Assembly: GCA_965285935.1 (NCBI GenBank)
Contig: OZ260662.1
Span: 79,050,001-79,114,000 of the forward strand
Origin: Ophelia neglecta
Taxonomy: Eukaryota
DNA: 64,000 nucleotides
Direction: 5' to 3'
A program made the translations under genes and the position numbers. How positions within the stretch are numbered: position 1 is the first letter of the stretch; the number at the start of each line of letters is the position of its first letter. Below the pieces are notes generated by a model that did no database searches, had not been told where the DNA came from, and was given only the letters and a program-made list of their open reading frames with translations. Positions 1 to 12,400 of the stretch are shown piece by piece.

Positions 1-161
1 ATGTGTGCAGTAAAAACATTCACGTCCTTGACATCAACCCAGAAGTCTATAAACAGTCATTGAAAAGTATCCCCGTCAGAAATAGTCCCGGCGACGTTCA
101 TTGCCAGTTATCACCTGGCAACCCCGTCAGATATTCTTGCGCACTCATAGATGTCCGCCAA

Positions 162-428
162 TCAGTTCATGGCTTTCAGACTTGTGCTGAAGAGTTCTGT
201 GAGCCCGGAACCGGAACTGCTTTGATCGTTGTTGTCGATGGAGGAGTTGTTTTGGAGTTCGGAGAGAGAAGGCGAGGAGCTGACATCGCTGAGCGCAGGC
301 GAGCGGGCGTTGGACAATTCTGTCAACGTGTTTTTACCGCCCTCCTGACTGCCGATCCCGCCATTTTTATCCTGCTCCTGTTTCAGTAGGTTCCGTCGGT
401 ATTTAGCTCTGGCATTCTGGAACCAGAC
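162..428 (-). CDS. Lhx2/9: Lhx2/9 terminal coding exon: homeodomain recognition helix (VWFQNARAKYRR) and Ser-rich C-terminus
   Basis: Acceptor tttttattttgcag|GTC TGG TTC at the classical homeobox intron position between residues 46 and 47. TGA at 164-162. The C-terminal ELSNA and LTELF motifs resemble vertebrate LHX2. Confidence 0.96.
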   Translation of the reverse strand, partial: VWFQNARAKYRRNLLKQEQDKNGGIGSQEGGKNTLTELSNARSPALSDVSSSPSLSELQNNSSIDNNDQSSSGSGLTELFSTSLKAMN

Positions 429-3400
429 CTGCAAAATAAAAATTATTCTTTGTTTAGCTGGATGTTAAGAATGAAATATACACATGGCTTGATAACAAGG
501 TAACTAGTGGTTTGGACAAGTCATCTTTATTAAGTGTAATTTTGTCCATGTGATATCTCTAAAAAAGTGTTTGCAATTAACAAACAATTAAACAATTGAA
601 ATCATTCGTCTTAAAAACTACATAGGTAGTCCATGCATTTGATATCCAAACGAGGCACTTTTCATTATTTCTACTAACCCACGTCCAGATCGAATATTTT
701 GTTTCGTTTTATTTAGTAGGCATAGTTTTAGTAGACTCGCGTTGAATATCAAATACATAGGCCTTCACATTTTTTTCGGGATGGGTTTCCACTGACTACA
801 AATGAGGTGGCGCGCCATCTAAAGGAGTTGAGGAGTACTAAATATACTGAGTCGCCTAAAGAACGAGGTTTCTACGAAGTTAACATAACTTGCAACTCTA
901 TAATGGAGCTAAGCTATCCCAAATCCTTCTCTATTTGTACGTTTGGGTACAGACCTGAAGGACTCGTTTGGAGAGACCTGTTTTCTGAGCCAATTCTTTC
1001 AAATCCTTGGCATCTGGGTTGTGATTCAAAGCAAAGTACATCTTCATTGCACGCAACTGGTGGTGCTTGAAGGAAGTGCGCATACGTTTTTGTCTCTGCT
1101 GTAGGGTGCCGGGGCTCATGGCGCTCAAGTCGCACAGGTCAGATTCGTGGAGACCCATCCCTTAAAGACAGAACAAACAAATAATTAACTTTCGGGCCAT
1201 TGATGACGTACCTGAAGGACGCGCTTATTCAAGCCAGATTTCTGTGCCAGCTGTTTCAAGTCTTTGGCATCAGGATTGTGATTCAAAGCGAAGTAGGATT
1301 TCATTATCCGAAGCTGGTGGTGCTTAAACGACGTGCGCATGCGCTTTTGTCGTGGCGGTTGCAGGTGCATACCATGGCTTAAACCAACATCATTTTCGTT
1401 ACAGCCTAAGCCTGGAAATATGGATACAAAAGAAAGTTTTATTAATGTAATGGGCAAGCGAATGAAATACGACACAACCGGACATCCGCTGTGACATGGC
1501 ATGATGTTCCAGGTTGCCGATGATGTCATCAACCGAAGCTGGAAGTAGGTCAGGTCCCATGCATAATTATGTTAATGAACAAAAGGATAAGGAACATAAA
1601 AAACTTGAAGTCACATTGACCTAGAAATGTAAACTATTGTCAATCCGTTTCGAGACAGTTTTTGCTTAGAAGAAGAGTCTAATTGTTAGGCCGCTGGCAG
1701 ACAATCTCGGTTCTTGGCGGCCAGTAATCTACCCATCCATCATACTCAAATAACGTCAGTTTGGCCGACTCAACTATGAATTATCCGTAACTTGCAGTCC
1801 GGCACTGGTATAGAGCCCTATCCCGATCCCATAAAACATCATATTATCGGCCTTCAGTTCAAGACTATAATTTAACCTAGTCGCAGGCGGTTAGTGATCG
1901 ATTTCCTTCAGCCACTTTCCGTCCATCATTTTTAGTCTGTATACGTGACATGGGTAGAGACTATGACCGAAATAAGTAATTTAGCTGGGGCTGCATTTTC
2001 TAAGCCGTCAATATAGCGAATCTAGGTAAAGTTGTGGCACCTGTTTTAGCTGGTCAAAGTTACAAGTGAAATGTGTTCGCTTTGGTCTATAGTACCCTGT
2101 AACTGGAAGCAGAATGTTGTTCTGGCAGTAAAACTGATCACTTTGTGAGTGGATCGGGTATCGCTAAGTTAAATCTTTTCCGCGTCGTTGTCCGTCATCG
2201 GCAATGATTGATTCAGTGTGGTCGCCTTAACTTCAAAGTCAGGAGGAAACGACGAAACGGGATCGGGAAAACGGAACAGGAAGAAGGTGGGGATGGCTAA
2301 AATCAGGATCTGCTGTGCGCCGTCCAGAAAATGACGAATATCTTTCATCGATGAGCCTATGAACGAATGAAGTCGGAATGTTGTTGGCGACTGGCAGGGG
2401 ACCACACAAGCAAAACTATGAGCAGGTTATCTGCCATCTTTAAACTATTCTGATGCCTTGATTTCTAAAAAAAAGTGCGGGTTGATTTCTAGCCAGGAGT
2501 TGTCAGTACTTGGGGCTCAATTTCACTGATGTTTAACAGCGATATTTGTACAAATACGCCTAGAGGTTTGGAGTCCTGCTAAGACTTAAGGACTTGTTTA
2601 ACTTCCATCTGCACGCTGCTGATTTTAAACAACGGTTACGCTGAACAGAAACATGTCAAGCTGTTTCGCAAACTTAGAACTGAGCTGCTAAGAGGCCCTT
2701 ATCTGTCACTGGTGACCACGGACATATGATTATTAAACCGAACACAATCAGCCGATTCCCCGGATTATAATGTTATTTAATCGAATGTTAGACCAAGAGC
2801 GTGCACTTTTTTTGGACAAAGTAAGGGAATAGTCCGCTTATGATTTGTTATAATAAATCTGAACATCAAAAGAAATTTTATCCTCTCTAAGGGGCTAGTT
2901 GTGTTTTTCGAAGTACAGGTTTTCTTATTTGAAATAATTCCAGTAAACTGACGCACGATGGGATGAGAATGCAACATTACCCACAAAATAGATGTTCGTT
3001 GTTCGTCCTCTAAGATCATATGTGAATCAGACCTATATCGGTAGATTGATCCAATGTTAATTAAGTCGGGCGGACAATTTCAGATCATATAATTCACAAA
3101 TGCAGAAAACGGACAAATAAATGCTTTGTTAAATTGACGGCCCGGGCTTCTGATTGCAGCACATTGGCAACTGAAAAAATCCACTTTGTATGCCCGAGCA
3201 ATACCTCATGCCTGTGTTAACCTTTAGCTGTGCCAGCGTCACTCGGTATCCTGTTGTTTTATCGCCCACCCGGTCGGACAGAGGGCATGATGATTCGGGT
3301 TGGGGCCGGGCCCTCTTAGGGCGTTGTGTTCGCCTGTGGCACGTTGGCCATGAATCACTGATAACCCGAGGCCCTCTGGAATACCCCCTAATCCCCTTGG

Positions 3401-6400
3401 CGGCAACTCCAGCGGGAGGCTCACATCCTAAAGTTAAAGAGATCCCAAATCCGGTGGATACTTAAATTAACTTTGCGACTTAGGAATCTACGGGAAATGG
3501 GGAAGGGCATCCGTTTCTTTCAGCCAAGAGACTGTTATATACCGACAACATTATGAAACATCAATTCCGTTGTATTTCTACTTTTAAGAGCCTAATATAT
3601 AACACCTCCCCTTGCAGATGCTTTGACTGCGTTTCTTTTATAAAGAACTGTAGCTGTAAGGTCCAACGAACATACTGGACTTTTTCTCGAAGTGTAAGCC
3701 CTGGATCGACTAAAATTTATCTACTCTGTCGGAAAGCGTAATGCAGGCATATAAAAAGCTGCTGAGTTTGGCACGAATCCCGTCAGAATATTAAAAAAAG
3801 CGTGACATGTGTGTCAATCGGTTTCAGGTCACGTGAGGCAGGGCCCGACATTTGACGGGCACTCGGCTGATTGGTAAACTGCATGGTGTCTGCTCCGAAC
3901 TAGCGAAAGTGTGCCGAGTGGAGCAAACAGTAACGTCTGCGCCTCAATCGTAACTCTGTGGGAATTTTATGATTTGAAGGAGGGGTTAATATACTCAAAT
4001 ATGATAAACATTATTACGGAAACGAGAAAGCTTTTTTAACGCTTATTAGCTGTATTGATACACGAGGCCACAATACACCTTGGGATGGACTTCTTAAAGT
4101 GTTTCCCTGTAGCCATACACGAGAATCTCGACCTCTGTCGAACCTTAGCCCATACGGACGATGTTTACAAACACTTCGGGTTGAATTTGATTTGTTTGAG
4201 TTCCAATGATTCCTATCTGGCCTCACACTACGCTGGTAGGTAGCAGCACGCGGCCGACAGCAGATACACATCTCAGACATCGGCAGTACTTGATCTCAGC
4301 TCTCTGCTCGAGTGTCTTGTCGACATCCATACGATAAGACAAAGGTAAACATCGCCATCATCCCAAGTCAGCATCCTACCGATCGTCTGCTTGAGGCTTG
4401 CCTCGGGCTCAATACACACGTAAACCTCTGAGATAATGAATATGTGTCCGAAGAACGTTGGCCGACCACAGTGTCACAAAATGATGTCAGTAATATAAGG
4501 ATATGACCATATATAGACTAAAAGAGTCAGTTTTAATAAGTCTAAGGCCAATCACAATTTCAAAGTTGAACTAGTATTTCCAAATGTCAGTCGAACGTTT
4601 TTGACCGGATCGTTCAACGGTATAAAAATATTTTCAAAATATTTTCAAAATGTCGCTTGCCAATCGCATTTATCAAGGTCGACCATAAAATAAAGTGACA
4701 GGAGATTCGCCTTATAGGTCCGCCATATACAAAGCTCGTTACATTTTGATGAAATATAGAAGGAAAACGGCTCTAATTACAATAGAGATTTGATGTTTTC
4801 AAAATGCTGTCATAACATTGAGAAAAAAGTTCATTGTATATAAAATGGTCAGACCCTGAAGATTTTTAGTTGGGACGATATGCAACATACTCCTAATCAG
4901 CTAGTTTATTGAATGAAGAGCATTGATATGCGAAATTATGGATTCTCAGTACGAACATTGGCCAAAAGCCCTCGGTGTGTACACGTATATGTGCATGGCC
5001 TATATTGTTTTCTAAATGAGCCTATGCCGATATATTTTTCTTCCATCTGAGCGTCTCGTTATAGACATGAACGAAGTCAACTTTTGACCTCCATGATTGA
5101 ACAATTAGAAAAAAAGTTGAGTTAAAGCCCCAACTGTAAGCCAACGCCGGATGAAAACATTTCGAGAAAATTCTGTCAAATAAGGTCAAATCAGGCAAAA
5201 CAACAGAGCTAAGCAGGTAATCATACCATTTCAACGAGTATTTGTCGGTAGGAGTGTGTCACGAATGCGTCAATATGTCAAGATAATTAGGCCTAATTTA
5301 CCCAATCCTATCATAACCGCACCTCGAGGCTGAGGCTGTCACGTCTACCGCTGTCAGCAGACGACACGACTAGGGAATCGCGAACCAAAAAAAAGCAAAA
5401 ACCGACCACATCCTTACTCATTAGTGGGGATCAGTCGCATTCAAGCCGGATACAGAAAAAGTCAAAAGATCGCGCAACGTATCTTGGGACGTTCTGGTGT
5501 CCAGCTTTGTCGACAGCTATGTCATTATCAATTCCAAGAAGATTTCTGGCTGAAATTGAAAGGAAAGTAAAGCTTCCAGTAGAACTTGGGCATTCGTTCT
5601 TTAGGATCACATACTTGAGAGTTTGCCGCTTTTGCTTTCATTTCTTCTTACATGCAGAAATGCGTTTATGTGTGTATGTGTATATGTAAAAAATGCATTC
5701 TTTGCAATAATTGCCATGATTAAGACAGTCTGGCGTCGAAGGTACTGTACTAGCAAAGGTTCCATCTTTCCCCTTGTCCATAATAAAAGCTACTTAATTT
5801 CGATTTACAGTTTATTTTTTCCCTGGCCTAAAAAAATGCAGATGTCTTTCCCATCGCTACAGATCATTCTATGAGTTAATTGCCTTTTTTTTATAATTAT
5901 AGGCATAATAACGTATAAAACGAAGTACGTGGTAGGCCCTTGTTTAATGTCAGTTCTTTGGCAAACACAAAACGCTTGGAAGGGTTTATTTAAAATTGGA
6001 GAGTATTTAACGATTACTTTATTCTAATTGGGAACAACATATTTTAAGAGTTAGGGCCTGCATGTCATACACGTATACAGACCAAGCAGTAAATTGTGGA
6101 AAGAAACATGGTATATCGCATAGGCAGCGTTATAAAAAGTGAATTTTTCTGGATTTTGAAGTTAGATAATAAGTTGAAGATGTTAGATGGAGATGACTAA
6201 CTCTTTGTTCTTTCGCATCGATTCATGTAGAACCTAGATAGCCGTTGCTACACGTTAATTTTGGTTCGCTGACGACCGCAGACGATTTAAAGGTGTTTTC
6301 CACCCAATTCACGTTGTTCCAGCCGTTCTTTTGGCAAAGTTGGCATGCTGCGGCGGATTTTCTGGCCGGACGACTGGGCTGAAAGAGGACGGGATCCCCC

Positions 6401-9400
6401 GAGGGGTGCAGGGGAGTCCAAGGGCGAGGGGATTCAAGGCGATAGGCCCCGCATAATACTAGGCAAACCGCGCTCCCACAATGGCATCGACGCAGGTTTA
6501 GAAAGAAGGAGAAAGGTGTGGCGCGGCCATGGAGAGCGGGATTCTCCTCAAGGCTTTCATCGCAGCAGGTTACAGGCCTGGCATTATACGGACCACAGGA
6601 GCGACCTCTACCTTACAATACAAGTCAACAGGAATACCGCTCCTTTGTCACTGGAGAGTACCATTATCCCCTTTAATCCCTGTATAGGCCTCCCTATAGG
6701 TGGCTCCAGTCAGCAGGCGGCAAGAATGGGAAGTGCTGCCCATTCACTTTCATTGCATTCGCATTTCATCACTTGTAGCTTGAATTGTAACGATAGTGTC
6801 AAATAAACTTGTAATAACTGACAGGCCCTTGGCCTTGGAACATATATTGTAGATCCTGGCAGAATGACTGTATAGTGTTTCTACGCGTTTCCAGATTTCC
6901 AGCAGACGAGAAGGCAGGAGTTCGCGCCAGCTGTCAAGTTGGCGAGGCGCGCCTGCAGATTTCCCGGCATGCCCTTCGACCTCTTGTCACTGAGGAAAAT
7001 GTAACGAGCAAGTTTGGTTTCCTTCATCGGCACCTGTTTCAAATCGGCTGCCGACTCAAATTTCAAAATGCACCCAAACAAAACCCTGCCAAATAGGCCT
7101 ACCCAATGCGAAATATTTCAAGAGGAAGAAACTTTGAAACAAGTTAGAGCGAGCTGTTGGCAGGCCTTAAAGAGCACGCGAGGATAACTTTGACCTAGTC
7201 CTATATATCTAAGCCTATAACGATGTATATGCATAGGCTATATGCCTATAACGGCCTATGAAAAGACATCATGGGGGTGGTGGTGGGGGGGGGGCATAAT
7301 CATCCAGATGGGAAGCAGGAAGTACAGTCGTGATTTCCGGGCAAAAAAAAAACAAAGATCATGACAACCAAATAAAGATATCTATCCATTCAGTTAAACT
7401 TGCTTCGAATAGCGATTGCTGGCAATGAGCCCCCTTTTTGCTTCTGTTTGCTATCTCCAAGGTAAATGCAGTTGATTATCATATTCAGCTGATCTTCGTC
7501 TCCATCCCAAGGACTACGTCTGCTAAGACGCCCCCAGACATCAAACCGGCACCCAAACCGGCTCCAGATGCCCACATTCTGCCTGAGGGGGCTGCGAGGC
7601 ACGTGGGGCAGGGAATCCGGACCGGCTAAAACGGCAGCAGTTGTGTAAATCCGAGGTTTGGCTGATACAAACACCGGGTATACAGCACGCCCCGTAATCC
7701 ACACCGCAACACACCGGCAGCCGACATTTTTTGTCGGGGACACCTTTGCGCGAGTTTTCTTTTGAGCAGTTTCCCATCAACACTCATGAGCTTTGATCTA
7801 CGCTGTCTGTTGACCAACAAAGACCCAGCGATATTTACCGAAAGCTACCGGTGAAAAAAGACCTGCGCCGATTCCATAAAACAAGCCGTCTTAGTCTAGC
7901 GCCAGAAAGGAGGCTCACATTTCTAGTGTTACACGTCGCTGTTTGTTCACATTCGAGGTGTGTCTTCGAACAACAGCGAGAAAAAATGTCAACACTAAAA
8001 ATCACTGACGGGCACAACGTGGAGATTGAGTGGAATAAATACCGGGTCTGCGTCAAAATACTGGAAAGCACAGAAAGGCTTTGGTGGTCTTCAACAGCAT
8101 GAAAACTAAAGAGAATATATAGTAGACATGTTTGTAAACTTTGACCTTTTAATAACCACGTGTCGTCTGTGCAGTATTGCCACCTACACAAGAGTTCCCG
8201 TGGTGTTTTTCTTCGTACGGGGACAATGCCTATTTGGACGGGGTAATTTGTACCTAATACACCCCAAACAACACACATTAACACTGCAATGCTGCTTTCA
8301 AAAGTAACTTTGAACAGAACCATAGCTTCAAAGGGAAATAATAATCAAAACGAAACAAAACAATTGAACCCCATAAAGTGAAACGGTTAAGAAAGATGTA
8401 ATCTATTTTTGCGTTTAGGTGAGACATTGAAAGAGAAGAATACAGGTATTTCAATTAAATAAAAAACCTTTTTCTGACAACACTGACAAGCATCTTCGGT
8501 GTCTGTTTTAGAACTTGGAAGTGATTGAATTGGGTGGTTTGTGGGCAGGGGTCGCCCAGGTGTGAATTTTATCAGTTAACTGATCGTCTGCGCGTGGTTC
8601 TAATGACATGGCTTTCACTCTTTGCCTTCAATATTTCCCAATCACAATTATTCACATGTTAATACATAAATGCTCAGCAACTGTAGGTGATTGGCACATA
8701 ATTTCACAATATTGATGATGAGTCTACCAATGGAAGAATTTATAGATCAATTATGGTTAGTATAATGTTTTATTAACAACCTGAAGTATTCGTTGCTGCC
8801 GATTGGACTTGTGTAGTTCTGTATGCATGGGCAGATCATTTTAACGTGTTCACCACTTAAAGAAGCTGTTATAGTAATTATGTTGTTGTACCGAACGTTG
8901 TATATTAAATGCTCATAAATTATGGGGCCTTCTGTAGAATTAATTGAAACATGTTGTTTATTAGCACTTAGAGAGAGATTAGTTAGTTAATGAGTTACAG
9001 GACCTGACAATTATGTCTATGAGCTGTTAAGATTTCATTATGCTCCGTGTTGGATGCTTAAATGCGATGGTGGAGAGGTTAAATGGGAGGCGTGTATGTG
9101 AAACAATAGACATGTCAGTCCCTATCAACTCCAACTGCAACGGGATGAGCCGAATCTGGGGAAACAAAACATTAAGACAACGGCGTTAAATTCCCGTTTC
9201 TCTCGTCCAGTCACTCGTAAACACGAACCTTAAGTGTCCGTGTGAAGCTATTGTTTGCTGTAGACACCTGAAAGATTCAGTCGAGCTATACAAATTGATG
9301 TATTATTGTTTTCAAACCCCCTCCATTGTTTTAGATTCACGCCAATAGGGCGTCCGCAGCGGGTATTGTGTGCGATTTTAAGGCAGTTGGACTTGTATGG

Positions 9401-12400
9401 GGCTTGGGGGCTCTCCAGCCCTGGGGAGCTGGAGAGAAGAGCCTGCCCCCCACGGGGGTAAACATGTCATTGGGGCCCTACCCTATCACCTCCTCGGGTG
9501 CCAAGAATGTCCTTCAAGCTTTCAAGCACACTCAGAGAAACTTGCCGGTAACTTTTTCCGGTGTGGTAAATGAATCTTATTGATATAGTGTATTTTTAAC
9601 ATCTTCGGCTTTACCGCTTTCTCATTGCACAGGTGCAGACGGCAGAATTGGCACATGTTGAGAACTATCCGACGGTTTTAACTGGCTGCCACTCCACTTG
9701 AGACTCGCCGATGGACGTATCAAACCATTTGCGTTCCTATATCGGATCTACTTCAACTTGTGAAATGTTAACAGTTGACTTGATTGTCTTCTTACAAATT
9801 CGAGAACCTGTTTTCAAGTGGCCGGTTTCATTGAGCGCAGTATTTGCCAAGGACCTTGCTATCTTTAGAGTAAATAATTACTTTCCAAATTATAGCCTTT
9901 GAGTAAGGCTAAATGGTGTTTTCAAATAGATTTGAACACTTAACATGTGATTATTTAACTTCGACGAAACTCATTCAATGGAATTTTAGTATAGTTTAAA
10001 AGACATCGCTGAGGGCAAACCATTCTGTTTCAGAAAATGCTTTTATATATAGTTATACGTTAAAACAAATTATTAGTGTTCTTTGACAATAATCTGAAAG
10101 AATCCTTGGTATAATATTCCTGTACGGTTTGTCTAGGCCTATTATATATGTGCAGTCTTGAAATAAATTGACAAGTCGTGTGCTTAAGGGCGAATTTCCA
10201 CATATTTTGCAGGTGCGTAGATCTTGTATTTGCACACTATTCACCGGGTTTGCTTTTATTCGGAGGTCAACTCTTGAGTTGGTCTTTCTCGAAAGTGATT
10301 ATTTGAACATACACGCGATGAGACATTTGGGAAAATATTGGCGTAGACTTGCTAATGTGAAAGGTGTCAAAACTTTCAACATTTAGCCGCGACACAAAAG
10401 ATTTATGTTGTAAAGTTAAACTTGGTTTGAGTGGTCTTTGTCGAGCCGTGTGTTTCTCCGGCTTAAAATGCAAACAGCCGAGTTTTGTGTAGACTTCCCA
10501 CCTATAATACACCAACAAATTCTTTATTTGTTCGCCAAGAAAGTGAAAAGTTCTCCACCGTGCTTTGAAGCGGCATTCTCTTGTTGTATGCCTCAAAACG
10601 TGCTCTTTGAATTTCACTGAGAAGAATACGATTGAAGGTCCTGCTTAGTGTATTAAAAACGCGACAAACTGCTGTCCGCTTTATGTCAGTCATGAGGGTC
10701 GCCTTGTTGATCATTCAGTGCAGCATCTCGAGCAGCACTCGGGATATCTTCAAATCTCACTTTACAGCAGGTTCCATAATAGCGCCTAATGGAATCATTT
10801 GATACAATCGAGACAGATACATTGATAGATAAGGTAATTAGAGGGCTGAAACGTTGTACCCTGGAAGGCCCAACATAGATGGGTCCTTGAATACCTGTTA
10901 AAGAATCTGACAGGTGTGACTAGGCTACTGAGATCTCTCCATTTACCAGGCCGCTCATGTGAATCAAAACTCGAACTGAAATCACAGCATTCCCTACCAC
11001 AGCTGCATTCACCCGTTTTACTATGTTTAAGCTAAAGATCTAGCATCCATTTTATCGTGCAATCTACCTCAATCTTGCGATAGGTGAACTCCCGCTTTTT
11101 CCTTGGCATATCCAAGGTGTGTTCGAATCATTGCGTGACTAGACAATTGCTGTCTGTATTTTCTCTTCCAATGAGGTGGGATTTAAGCCGAATCAATTCA
11201 CTGCAGTGCAAACCAATCCTCTTTGCGGGGGCAAAACGCCGTTACCAGCGAGCATTCCATGATTAAAGGTTAAATATAATGCTTTTGTCACAAATGAATT
11301 GGAATATTGTCGCACAAAAGACGCACACTGTAATAGCCTAATGCGATTTGCGACCGAAAACCCGAAAATTACTCAGTTGTTCAATACGCGATTAAATTAA
11401 GAAAAGATGATTAGCGGCGGGAAATGACCCATGGGCAAAATGGTGTAGGGGTGAATTGCCCTGACCTTCGGTGATATATTGAGAAATGGCGGTAATATAC
11501 AGCTCCCCGGGTTGCGCGCTCAGTACAGGGTTTATAATCGCTCAGACCACGTTTCTAATCACCGCACTGTCCGCTAGGCTCCGGTACGACGTGGCAGAGA
11601 TTACGGTCTGTCAGCTTCGCTCGCTCTGATGTATTGAAGCAATTTCCAACCTCATCCCTAGTTTAATTCGGATTTTAATTGCGATTTCCTTTGTTTGTGG
11701 ATAGCAAGGCTAGCCGATTTCCTATAGATTTGAGCCGTCTTCCCCGAAAGTGATTACATCTCGCGAGCGATGTTTTGATTCATGAAGTCATCTATAGCTT
11801 TTGGCATATTATGGCCTAGAATCTCAAATATAAATCCTTAATAGAATGTCACGAGTGCATTAATCGTATGTTTTACCCTAGTTTGAATACTTGTCTTGAC
11901 AATTTAGGATGGGAGAATATTCATGTCCATCATCACCGAAAGATATCATCATGTTAAAAGACATCAATATTGTGCTTTATCATAGAGGGTTTGGTTTGAC
12001 AATAATTATGCATTGTTTTCAAGTAGAGATAAATTTTAACAACGTTACTTCCTTATGATATTCTAGGGATAGTACACTGATAAGACGAGTCTTCCTTATC
12101 AAGTAACCATGCGTTATGTGGCTTCACAGTTGCGCACCCCTGTTCCGTTCTCGAATTACGTGAAATGTTCCCAAATATAGGCCTACCAGCACCCTTTCAT
12201 CTTTATAGCAGTGCAGCGCCGGTAATTGAGATGAATTAGGGAACAATGGTGTTTGATTTGATTGTGGGATTTGATAGTTACAGTAATACGATTATTACAC
12301 TTATCAATATTGTGGCGCTCGTTAATTTGGCACCCCAATCCGAAGTACCATCTTGTCTAGATTAGGGCTGCACAAAGGGAATCCCCATGACGTCATCTGG

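Noticed and set aside
955-1411. Duplicated homeodomain exon as an assembly or haplotype artefact, a pseudo-exon, or a tandem double-homeodomain protein
   Set aside because: The copies differ at 24 of 46 codons, mostly synonymously, and the flanks are not duplicated, so this is not an assembly duplicate. Both keep frame and splice sites. Joining them frameshifts and each lacks helix 3, so a two-homeodomain protein is not possible.
469-1469. Shared 10-mer GAATGAAATA at 469-478 and 1460-1469 as a Dscam-style docking/selector element
   Set aside because: It is a direct rather than complementary repeat, is AT-rich and may just be branch-point-region sequence. I found no convincing competing base-pairing by eye; a computational RNA-RNA pairing search would be needed.
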